A stretch of DNA of 64,000 nt from Nemertoderma westbladi. Taxonomy: Eukaryota; Animalia; Xenacoelomorpha. This document shows, piece by piece, positions 51,701 through 64,000 of the stretch. Location of the stretch: positions 47,679 through 111,678 of the forward strand of contig JAUCBJ010007776.1 in NCBI GenBank assembly GCA_032718475.1. Reading direction: 5' to 3'. Both the position numbers and the translations under genes were made by a program. The first letter of the stretch is position 1, and each line of letters opens with the position of its first letter. Below the pieces are notes generated by a model. It had not been told where the DNA came from. It made no database searches and was given only the letters and a program-made list of their open reading frames with translations.

Positions 51701-54700
51701 TCAATCAAGTCTAAATGAATTAAAACACCAGCCATTGTGTGACACGCCCTGTAGGTCGATCTCACTGACTATCAAATAGGTCAATCAAGTCTAAATGAAT
51801 TAAAACACCAGCCATTGTGTGACACGCCATGTAGGTCGATCTCAATATCAAATAGGTCAATCAAGTCTAAATGAATTAAAACACCAGCCATTGTGTGACA
51901 CGCCCTGTAGGTCGATCTCACTGACTATCAAATAGGTCAATCAAGTCTAAATGAATTAAAACACCAGTCATTGTGTGACACGCCCTGTAGGTCGATCTCA
52001 ATATCAAATAGGTCAATCAAGTCTAAATGAATTAAAACACCAGTCATTGTGTGACACGCCCTGTAGGTCGATCTCACTGACTATCAAATAGGTCAATCAA
52101 GTCTAAATGAATTAAAACACCAGTCATTGTGTGACACGCCCTGTAGGTCGATCTCACTGACTATCAAATAGGTCAATCAAGTCTAAATGAATTAAAACAC
52201 CAGCCATTGTGTGACACGCCATGTAGGTCGATCTCAATATCAAATAGGTCAATCAAGTCTAAATGAATTAAAACACCAGCCATTGTGTGACACGCCCTGT
52301 AGGTCGATCTCACTGACTATCAAATAGGTCAATCAAGTCTAAATGAATTAAAACACCAGTCATTGTGTGACACGCCCTGTAGGTCGATCTCAATATCAAA
52401 TAGGTCAATCAAGTCTAAATGAATTAAAACACCAGTCATTGTGTGACACGTCCTGTAGGTCGATCTCACTGACTATCAAATAGGTCAATCAAGTCTAAAT
52501 GAATTAAAACACCAGCCATTGTGTGACACGCCCTGTAGGTCGATCTCACTGACTATCAAATAGGTCAATCAAGTCTAAATGAATTAAAACACCAGTCATT
52601 GTGTGACACGCCCTGTAGGTCGATCTCACTGACTATCAAATAGGTCAATCAAGTCTAAATGAATTAAAACACCAGCCATTGTGTGACACGCCCTGTAGGT
52701 CGATCTCACTGACTATCAAATAGGTCAATCAAGTCTAAATGAATTAAAACACCAGCCATTGTGTGACACGCCCTGTAGGTCGATCTCACTGACTATCAAA
52801 TAGGTCAATCAAGTCTAAATGAATTAAAACACCAGCCATTGTGTGACACGCCCTGTAGGTCGATCTCACTGACTATCAAATAGGTCAATCAAGTCTAAAT
52901 GAATTAAAACACCAGTCATTGTGTGACACGCCCTGTAGGTCGATCTCAATATCAAATAGGTCAATCAAGTCTAAATGAATTAAAACACCAGTCATTGTGT
53001 GACACGCCCTGTAGGTCGATCTCACTGACTATCAAATAGGTCAATCAAGTCTAAATGAATTAAAACACCAGCCATTGTGTGACACGCCCTGTAGGTCGAT
53101 CTCACTGACTATCAAATAGGTCAATCAAGTCTAAATGAATTAAAACACCAGCCATTGTGTGACACGCCCTGTAGGTCGATCTCACTGACTATCAAATAGG
53201 TCAATCAAGTCTAAATGAATTAAAACACCAGTCATTGTGTGACACGCCCTGTAGGTCGATCTCAATATCAAATAGGTCAATCAAGTCTAAATGAATTAAA
53301 ACACCAGCCATTGTGTGACACGCCATGTAGGTCGATCTCAATATCAAATAGGTCAATCAAGTCTAAATGAATTAAAACACCAGCCATTGTGTGACACGCC
53401 CTGTAGGTCGATCTCACTGACTATCAAATAGGTCAATCAAGTCTAAATGAATTAAAACACCAGCCATTGTGTGACACGCCCTGTAGGTCGATCTCACTGA
53501 CTATCAAATAGGTCAATCAAGTCTAAATGAATTAAAACACCAGTCATTGTGTGACACGCCCTGTAGGTCGATCTCAATATCAAATAGGTCAATCAAGTCT
53601 AAATGAATTAAAACACCAGCCATTGTGTGACACGCCATGTAGGTCGATCTCAATATCAAATAGGTCAATCAAGTCTAAATGAATTAAAACACCAGCCATT
53701 GTGTGACACGCCCTGTAGGTCGATCTCACTGACTATCAAATAGGTCAATCAAGTCTAAATGAATTAAAACACCAGTCATTGTGTGACACGCCCTGTAGGT
53801 CGATCTCAATATCAAATAGGTCAATCAAGTCTAAATGAATTAAAACACCAGTCATTGTGTGACACGCCCTGTAGGTCGATCTCAATATCAAATAGGTCAA
53901 TCAAGTCTAAATGAATTAAAACACCAGTCATTGTGTGACACGCCCTGTAGGTCGATCTCAATATCAAATAGGTCAATCAAGTCTAAATGAATTAAAACAC
54001 CAGTCATTGTGTGACACGCCCTGTAGGTCGATCTCAATATCAAATAGGTCAATCAAGTCTAAATGAATTAAAACACCAGTCATTGTGTGACACGCCCTGT
54101 AGGTCGATCTCAATATCAAATAGGTCAATCAAGTCTAAATGAATTAAAACACCAGTCATTGTGTGACACGCCCTGTAGGTCGATCTCAATATCAAATAGG
54201 TCAATCAAGTCTAAATGAATTAAAACACCAGTCATTGTGTGACACGCCCTGTAGGTCGATCTCAATATCAAATAGGTCAATCAAGTCTAAATGAATTAAA
54301 ACACCAGTCATTGTGTGACACGCCCTGTAGGTCGATCTCAATATCAAATAGGTCAATCAAGTCTAAATGAATTAAAACACCAGTCATTGTGTGACACGCC
54401 CTGTAGGTCGATCTCAATATCAAATAGGTCAATCAAGTCTAAATGAATTAAAACACCAGTCATTGTGTGACACGCCATGTAGGTCGATCTCAATATCAAA
54501 TAGGTCAATCAAGTCTAAATGAATTAAAACACCAGTCATTGTGTGACACGCCATGTAGGTCGATCTCAATATCAAATAGGTCAATCAAGTCTAAATGAAT
54601 TAAAACACCAGTCATTGTGTGACACGCCCTGTAGGTCGATCTCACTGACTATCAAATAGGTCAATCAAGTCTAAATGAATTAAAACACCAGTCATTGTGT

Positions 54701-57700
54701 GACACGCCCTGTAGGTCGATCTCAATATCAAATAGGTCAATCAAGTCTAAATGAATTAAAACACCAGTCATTGTGTGACACGCCCTGTAGGTCGATCTCA
54801 ATATCAAATAGGTCAATCAAGTCTAAATGAATTAAAACACCAGTCATTGTGTGACACGCCCTGTAGGTCGATCTCACTGACTATCAAATAGGTCAATCAA
54901 GTCTAAATGAATTAAAACACCAGTCATTGTGTGACACGCCCTGTAGGTCGATCTCACTGACTATCAAATAGGTCAATCAAGTCTAAATGAATTAAAACAC
55001 CAGTCATTGTGTGACACGCCCTGTAGGTCGATCTCAATATCAAATAGGTCAATCAAGTCTAAATGAATTAAAACACCAGTCATTGTGTGACACGCCATGT
55101 AGGTCGATCTCAATATCAAATAGGTCAATCAAGTCTAAATGAATTAAAACACCAGTCATTGTGTGACACGCCCTGTAGGTCGATCTCACTGACTATCAAA
55201 TAGGTCAATCAAGTCTAAATGAATTAAAACACCAGTCATTGTGTGACACGCCCTGTAGGTCGATCTCAATATCAAATAGGTCAATCAAGTCTAAATGAAT
55301 TAAAACACCAGTCATTGTGTGACACGCCCTGTAGGTCGATCTCAATATCAAATAGGTCAATCAAGTCTAAATGAATTAAAACACCAGTCATTGTGTGACA
55401 CGCCATGTAGGTCGATCTCAATATCAAATAGGTCAATCAAGTCTAAATGAATTAAAACACCAGTCATTGTGTGACACGTCCTGTAGGTCGATCTCACTGA
55501 CTATCAAATAGGTCAATCAAGTCTAAATGAATTAAAACACCAGCCATTGTGTGACACGCCATGTAGGTCGATCTCAATATCAAATAGGTCAATCAAGTCT
55601 AAATGAATTAAAACACCAGTCATTGTGTGACACGCCCTGTAGGTCGATCTCAATATCAAATAGGTCAATCAAGTCTAAATGAATTAAAACACCAGTCATT
55701 GTGTGACACGCCCTGTAGGTCGATCTCAATATCAAATAGGTCAATCAAGTCTAAATGAATTAAAACACCAGTCATTGTGTGACACGCCATGTAGGTCGAT
55801 CTCAATATCAAATAGGTCAATCAAGTCTAAATGAATTAAAACACCAGTCATTGTGTGACACGCCATGTAGGTCGATCTCAATATCAAATAGGTCAATCAA
55901 GTCTAAATGAATTAAAACACCAGTCATTGTGTGACACGCCCTGTAGGTCGATCTCACTGACTATCAAATAGGTCAATCAAGTCTAAATGAATTAAAACAC
56001 CAGCCATTGTGTGACACGCCCTGTAGGTCGATCTCACTGACTATCAAATAGGTCAATCAAGTCTAAATGAATTAAAACACCAGTCATTGTGTGACACGCC
56101 CTGTAGGTCGATCTCAATATCAAATAGGTCAATCAAGTCTAAATGAATTAAAACACCAGTCATTGTGTGACACGCCATGTAGGTCGATCTCAATATCAAA
56201 TAGGTCAATCAAGTCTAAATGAATTAAAACACCAGCCATTGTGTGACACGCCCTGTAGGTCGATCTCAATATCAAATAGGTCAATCAAGTCTAAATGAAT
56301 TAAAACACCAGTCATTGTGTGACACGCCCTGTAGGTCGATCTCAATATCAAATAGGTCAATCAAGTCTAAATGAATTAAAACACCAGTCATTGTGTGACA
56401 CGCCCTGTAGGTCGATCTCAATATCAAATAGGTCAATCAAGTCTAAATGAATTAAAACACCAGTCATTGTGTGACACGCCCTGTAGGTCGATCTCACTGA
56501 CTATCAAATAGGTCAATCAAGTCTAAATGAATTAAAACACCAGTCATTGTGTGACACGCCCTGTAGGTCGATCTCAATATCAAATAGGTCAATCAAGTCT
56601 AAATGAATTAAAACACCAGTCATTGTGTGACACGCCCTGTAGGTCGATCTCAATATCAAATAGGTCAATCAAGTCTAAATGAATTAAAACACCAGTCATT
56701 GTGTGACACGCCCTGTAGGTCGATCTCAATATCAAATAGGTCAATCAAGTCTAAATGAATTAAAACACCAGTCATTGTGTGACACGCCCTGTAGGTCGAT
56801 CTCAATATCAAATAGGTCAATCAAGTCTAAATGAATTAAAACACCAGTCATTGTGTGACACGCCCTGTAGGTCGATCTCAATATCAAATAGGTCAATCAA
56901 GTCTAAATGAATTAAAACACCAGTCATTGTGTGACACGCCCTGTAGGTCGATCTCAATATCAAATAGGTCAATCAAGTCTAAATGAATTAAAACACCAGT
57001 CATTGTGTGACACGCCCTGTAGGTCGATCTCAATATCAAATAGGTCAATCAAGTCTAAATGAATTAAAACACCAGTCATTGTGTGACACGCCCTGTAGGT
57101 CGATCTCAATATCAAATAGGTCAATCAAGTCTAAATGAATTAAAACACCAGTCATTGTGTGACACGCCCTGTAGGTCGATCTCAATATCAAATAGGTCAA
57201 TCAAGTCTAAATGAATTAAAACACCAGTCATTGTGTGACACGCCATGTAGGTCGATCTCAATATCAAATAGGTCAATCAAGTCTAAATGAATTAAAACAC
57301 CAGTCATTGTGTGACACGCCCTGTAGGTCGATCTCAATATCAAATAGGTCAATCAAGTCTAAATGAATTAAAACACCAGTCATTGTGTGACACGCCCTGT
57401 AGGTCGATCTCAATATCAAATAGGTCAATCAAGTCTAAATGAATTAAAACACCAGTCATTGTGTGACACGCCATGTAGGTCGATCTCAATATCAAATAGG
57501 TCAATCAAGTCTAAATGAATTAAAACACCAGTCATTGTGTGACACGCCCTGTAGGTCGATCTCAATATCAAATAGGTCAATCAAGTCTAAATGAATTAAA
57601 ACACCAGTCATTGTGTGACACGCCATGTAGGTCGATCTCAATATCAAATAGGTCAATCAAGTCTAAATGAATTAAAACACCAGTCATTGTGTGACACGCC

Positions 57701-60700
57701 ATGTAGGTCGATCTCAATATCAAATAGGTCAATCAAGTCTAAATGAATTAAAACACCAGTCATTGTGTGACACGCCATGTAGGTCGATCTCAATATCAAA
57801 TAGGTCAATCAAGTCTAAATGAATTAAAACACCAGTCATTGTGTGACACGCCATGTAGGTCGATCTCAATATCAAATAGGTCAATCAAGTCTAAATGAAT
57901 TAAAACACCAGTCATTGTGTGACACGCCATGTAGGTCGATCTCAATATCAAATAGGTCAATCAAGTCTAAATGAATTAAAATACCAGTCATTGTGTGACA
58001 CGCCCTGTAGGTCGATCTCAATATCAAATAGGTCAATCAAGTCTAAATGAATTAAAACACCAGTCATTGTGTGACACGCCATGTAGGTCGATCTCAATAT
58101 CAAATAGGTCAATCAAGTCTAAATGAATTAAAACACCAGTCATTGTGTGACACGCCATGTAGGTCGATCTCAATATCAAATAGGTCAATCAAGTCTAAAT
58201 GAATTAAAACACCAGTCATTGTGTGACACGCCCTGTAGGTCGATCTCAATATCAAATAGGTCAATCAAGTCTAAATGAATTAAAACACCAGTCATTGTGT
58301 GACACGCCATGTAGGTCGATCTCAATATCAAATAGGTCAATCAAGTCTAAATGAATTAAAACACCAGTCATTGTGTGACACGCCATGTAGGTCGATCTCA
58401 CTGACTATCAAATAGGTCAATCAAGTCTAAATGAATTAAAACACCAGTCATTGTGTGACACGCCATGTAGGTCGATCTCAATATCAAATAGGTCAATCAA
58501 GTCTAAATGAATTAAAACACCAGTCATTGTGTGACACGCCATGTAGGTCGATCTCACTGACTATCAAATAGGTCAATCAAGTCTAAATGAATTAAAACAC
58601 CAGTCATTGTGTGACACGCCATGTAGGTCGATCTCAATATCAAATAGGTCAATCAAGTCTAAATGAATTAAAACACCAGTCATTGTGTGACACGCCCTGT
58701 AGGTCGATCTCACTGACTATCAAATAGGTCAATCAAGTCTAAATGAATTAAAACACCAGTCATTGTGTGACACGCCATGTAGGTCGATCTCAATATCAAA
58801 TAGGTCAATCAAGTCTAAATGAATTAAAACACCAGTCATTGTGTGACACGCCATGTAGGTCGATCTCAATATCAAATAGGTCAATCAAGTCTAAATGAAT
58901 TAAAACACCAGTCATTGTGTGACACGCCATGTAGGTCGATCTCAATATCAAATAGGTCAATCAAGTCTAAATGAATTAAAACACCAGTCATTGTGTGACA
59001 CGCCATGTAGGTCGATCTCAATATCAAATAGGTCAATCAAGTCTAAATGAATTAAAACACCAGTCATTGTGTGACACGCCATGTAGGTCGATCTCAATAT
59101 CAAATAGGTCAATCAAGTCTAAATGAATTAAAACACCAGTCATTGTGTGACACGCCATGTAGGTCGATCTCAATATCAAATAGGTCAATCAAGTCTAAAT
59201 GAATTAAAACACCAGTCATTGTGTGACACGCCATGTAGGTCGATCTCAATATCAAATAGGTCAATCAAGTCTAAATGAATTAAAACACCAGTCATTGTGT
59301 GACACGCCATGTAGGTCGATCTCAATATCAAATAGGTCAATCAAGTCTAAATGAATTAAAACACCAGTCATTGTGTGACACGCCCTGTAGGTCGATCTCA
59401 ATATCAAATAGGTCAATCAAGTCTAAATGAATTAAAACACCAGTCATTGTGTGACACGCCATGTAGGTCGATCTCAATATCAAATAGGTCAATCAAGTCT
59501 AAATGAATTAAAACACCAGTCATTGTGTGACACGCCATGTAGGTCGATCTCAATATCAAATAGGTCAATCAAGTCTAAATGAATTAAAACACCAGTCATT
59601 GTGTGACACGCCATGTAGGTCGATCTCAATATCAAATAGGTCAATCAAGTCTAAATGAATTAAAACACCAGTCATTGTGTGACACGCCCTGTAGGTCGAT
59701 CTCAATATCAAATAGGTCAATCAAGTCTAAATGAATTAAAACACCAGTCATTGTGTGACACGCCATGTAGGTCGATCTCAATATCAAATAGGTCAATCAA
59801 GTCTAAATGAATTAAAACACCAGTCATTGTGTGACACGCCATGTAGGTCGATCTCAATATCAAATAGGTCAATCAAGTCTAAATGAATTAAAACACCAGT
59901 CATTGTGTGACACGCCCTGTAGGTCGATCTCAATATCAAATAGGTCAATCAAGTCTAAATGAATTAAAACACCAGTCATTGTGTGACACGCCCTGTAGGT
60001 CGATCTCAATATCAAATAGGTCAATCAAGTCTAAATGAATTAAAACACCAGTCATTGTGTGACACGCCCTGTAGGTCGATCTCAACTATCAAATAGGTCA
60101 ATCAAGTCTAAATGAATTAAAACACCAGTCATTGTGTGACACGCCATGTAGGTCGATCTCAATATCAAATAGGTCAATCAAGTCTAAATGAATTAAAACA
60201 CCAGTCATTGTGTGACACGCCATGTAGGTCGATCTCAATATCAAATAGGTCAATCAAGTCTAAATGAATTAAAACACCAGTCATTGTGTGACACGCCATG
60301 TAGGTCGATCTCAATATCAAATAGGTCAATCAAGTCTAAATGAATTAAAACACCAGTCATTGTGTGACACGCCATGTAGGTCGATCTCAATATCAAATAG
60401 GTCAATCAAGTCTAAATGAATTAAAACACCAGTCATTGTGTGACACGCCATGTAGGTCGATCTCAATATCAAATAGGTCAATCAAGTCTAAATGAATTAA
60501 AACACCAGTCATTGTGTGACACGCCCTGTAGGTCGATCTCAATATCAAATAGGTCAATCAAGTCTAAATGAATTAAAACACCAGTCATTGTGTGACACGC
60601 CATGTAGGTCGATCTCAATATCAAATAGGTCAATCAAGTCTAAATGAATTAAAACACCAGTCATTGTGTGACACGCCCTGTAGGTCGATCTCAATATCAA

Positions 60701-63700
60701 ATAGGTCAATCAAGTCTAAATGAATTAAAACACCAGTCATTGTGTGACACGCCATGTAGGTCGATCTCAATATCAAATAGGTCAATCAAGTCTAAATGAA
60801 TTAAAACACCAGTCATTGTGTGACACGCCATGTAGGTCGATCTCAATATCAAATAGGTCAATCAAGTCTAAATGAATTAAAACACCAGTCATTGTGTGAC
60901 ACGCCATGTAGGTCGATCTCAATATCAAATAGGTCAATCAAGTCTAAATGAATTAAAACACCAGTCATTGTGTGACACGCCATGTAGGTCGATCTCAATA
61001 TCAAATAGGTCAATCAAGTCTAAATGAATTAAAACACCAGTCATTGTGTGACACGCCCTGTAGGTCGATCTCAATATCAAATAGGTCAATCAAGTCTAAA
61101 TGAATTAAAACACCAGTCATTGTGTGACACGCCCTGTAGGTCGATCTCAATATCAAATAGGTCAATCAAGTCTAAATGAATTAAAACACCAGCCATTGTG
61201 TGACACGCCCTGTAGGTCGATCTCAATATCAAATAGGTCAATCAAGTCTAAATGAATTAAAACACCAGTCATTGTGTGACACGCCCTGTAGGTCGATCTC
61301 AATATCAAATAGGTCAATCAAGTCTAAATGAATTAAAACACCAGTCATTGTGTGACACGCCCTGTAGGTCGATCTCAATATCAAATAGGTCAATCAAGTC
61401 TAAATGAATTAAAACACCAGTCATTGTGTGACACGCCCTGTAGGTCGATCTCAATATCAAATAGGTCAATCAAGTCTAAATGAATTAAAACACCAGCCAT
61501 TGTGTGACACGCCCTGTAGGTCGATCTCAATATCAAATAGGTCAATCAAGTCTAAATGAATTAAAACACCAGTCATTGTGTGACACGCCCTGTAGGTCGA
61601 TCTCAATATCAAATAGGTCAATCAAGTCTAAATGAATTAAAACACCAGTCATTGTGTGACACGCCCTGTAGGTCGATCTCAATATCAAATAGGTCAATCA
61701 AGTCTAAATGAATTAAAACACCAGTCATTGTGTGACACGCCCTGTAGGTCGATCTCAATATCAAATAGGTCAATCAAGTCTAAATGAATTAAAACACCAG
61801 TCATTGTGTGACACGCCCTGTAGGTCGATCTCACTGACTATCAAATAGGTCAATCAAGTCTAAATGAATTAAAACACCAGTCATTGTGTGACACGCCCTG
61901 TAGGTCGATCTCAATATCAAATAGGTCAATCAAGTCTAAATGAATTAAAACACCAGTCATTGTGTGACACGCCCTGTAGGTCGATCTCAATATCAAATAG
62001 GTCAATCAAGTCTAAATGAATTAAAACACCAGTCATTGTGTGACACGCCCTGTAGGTCGATCTCAATATCAAATAGGTCAATCAAGTCTAAATGAATTAA
62101 AACACCAGTCATTGTGTGACACGCCCTGTAGGTCGATCTCAATATCAAATAGGTCAATCAAGTCTAAATGAATTAAAACACCAGTCATTGTGTGACACGC
62201 CCTGTAGGTCGATCTCACTGACTATCAAATAGGTCAATCAAGTCTAAATGAATTAAAACACCAGTCATTGTGTGACACGCCCTGTAGGTCGATCTCAATA
62301 TCAAATAGGTCAATCAAGTCTAAATGAATTAAAACACCAGTCATTGTGTGACACGCCCTGTAGGTCGATCTCAATATCAAATAGGTCAATCAAGTCTAAA
62401 TGAATTAAAACACCAGTCATTGTGTGACACGCCCTGTAGGTCGATCTCAATATCAAATAGGTCAATCAAGTCTAAATGAATTAAAACACCAGTCATTGTG
62501 TGACACGCCCTGTAGGTCGATCTCAATATCAAATAGGTCAATCAAGTCTAAATGAATTAAAACACCAGTCATTGTGTGACACGCCCTGTAGGTCGATCTC
62601 ACTGACTATCAAATAGGTCAATCAAGTCTAAATGAATTAAAATACCAGTCATTGTGTGACACGCCCTGTAGGTCGATCTCAATATCAAATAGGTCAATCA
62701 AGTCTAAATGAATTAAAACACCAGTCATTGTGTGACACGCCCTGTAGGTCGATCTCACTGACTATCAAATAGGTCAATCAAGTCTAAATGAATTAAAATA
62801 CCAGTCATTGTGTGACACGCCCTGTAGGTCGATCTCAATATCAAATAGGTCAATCAAGTCTAAATGAATTAAAACACCAGTCATTGTGTGACACGCCCTG
62901 TAGGTCGATCTCAATATCAAATAGGTCAATCAAGTCTAAATGAATTAAAACACCAGTCATTGTGTGACACGCCCTGTAGGTCGATCTCACTGACTATCAA
63001 ATAGGTCAATCAAGTCTAAATGAATTAAAACACCAGTCATTGTGTGACACGCCCTGTAGGTCGATCTCAATATCAAATAGGTCAATCAAGTCTAAATGAA
63101 TTAAAATACCAGTCATTGTGTGACACGCCCTGTAGGTCGATCTCAATATCAAATAGGTCAATCAAGTCTAAATGAATTAAAACACCAGCCATTGTGTGAC
63201 ACGCCCTGTAGGTCGATCTCACTGACTATCAAATAGGTCAATCAAGTCTAAATGAATTAAAATACCAGACATTGTGTGACACGCCCTGTAGGTCGATCTC
63301 AATATCAAATAGGTCAATCAAGTCTAAATGAATTAAAACACCAGCCATTGTGTGACACGCCCTGTAGGTCGATCTCAATATCAAATAGGTCAATCAAGTC
63401 TAAATGAATTAAAACACCAGCCATTGTGTGACACGCCCTGTAGGTCGATCTCACTGACTATCAAATAGGTCAATCAAGTCTAAATGAATTAAAACACCAG
63501 CCATTGTGTGACACGCCCTGTAGGTCGATCTCACTGACTATCAAATAGGTCAATCAAGTCTAAATGAATTAAAACACCAGTCATTGTGTGACACGCCATG
63601 TAGGTCGATCTCAATATCAAATAGGTCAATAAGTCTAAATGAATTAAAACACCAGTCATTGTGTGACACGTCCTGTAGGTCGATCTCACTGACTATCAAA

Positions 63701-64000
63701 TAGGTCAATCAAGTCTAAATGAATTAAAACACCAGTCATTGTGTGACACGCCCTGTAGGTCGATCTCAATATCAAATAGGTCAATAAGTCTAAATGAATT
63801 AAAATACCAGCCATTGTGTGACACGCCCTGTAGGTCGATCTCACTGACTATCAAATAGGTCAATCAAGTCTAAATGAATTAAAACACCAGCCATTGTGTG
63901 ACACGCCCTGTAGGTCGATCTCAATATCAAATAGGTCAATCAAGTCTAAATGAATTAAAATACCAGTCATTGTGTGACACGCCCTGTAGGTCGATCTCAA
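21760..64000. repeat. Large homogeneous satellite array of 76-bp and 80-bp monomers (AAATGAATTAAAACACCAGTCATTGTGTGACACGCCCTGTAGGTCGATCTCA[A|CTGAC]TATCAAATAGGTCAATCAAGTCT), roughly 540-550 units, running off the window end
   Basis: Periods of 80 (22081 to 22161) and 76 (22321 to 22397) measured directly. Same orientation throughout with no insertion seen. Copy number estimated from length. Confidence 0.99.

Noticed and set aside
21760-64000. AAATAGGTCA nuclear-receptor (ROR-like) half-site in each monomer; satellite variants as an information-bearing code
   Set aside because: A single hexamer in a repeat unit is expected by chance. The variant patterns are explained by ordinary duplication and conversion, with no evidence of function.

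Overview
Eukaryotic, gene-poor, repeat-dense window that looks like the edge of a large satellite block (pericentromeric or subtelomeric heterochromatin is an inference). The GTAGGCCTAC-rich background and the TE families suggest a marine invertebrate, possibly an echinoderm (inference only). Bases 1-21.7 kb are a patchwork. It holds 15-, 30-, 53/55-, 52- and 16-bp tandem arrays. It also holds a decayed BEL/Pao LTR-retrotransposon (gag, zinc knuckles and aspartic protease, but no RT/RNaseH/integrase) with a PPT and a candidate LTR. Further along are an RFX X-box-rich dispersed repeat with ~150-bp periodicity, split by a 1,454-bp insertion, and a disabled RTE-like LINE (APE endonuclease plus RT). 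Bases 21,760-64,000 are one uninterrupted, very homogeneous 76/80-bp satellite with a few binary variant sites, local higher-order repeats and variant domains. No intact host gene, RNA gene or CRISPR array is supported, and most listed ORFs are repeat artefacts. I found no convincing new biological system. The best leads are the pol-less BEL derivative with a transmembrane-like tail, the satellite's higher-order organisation and the unclassified insertion.
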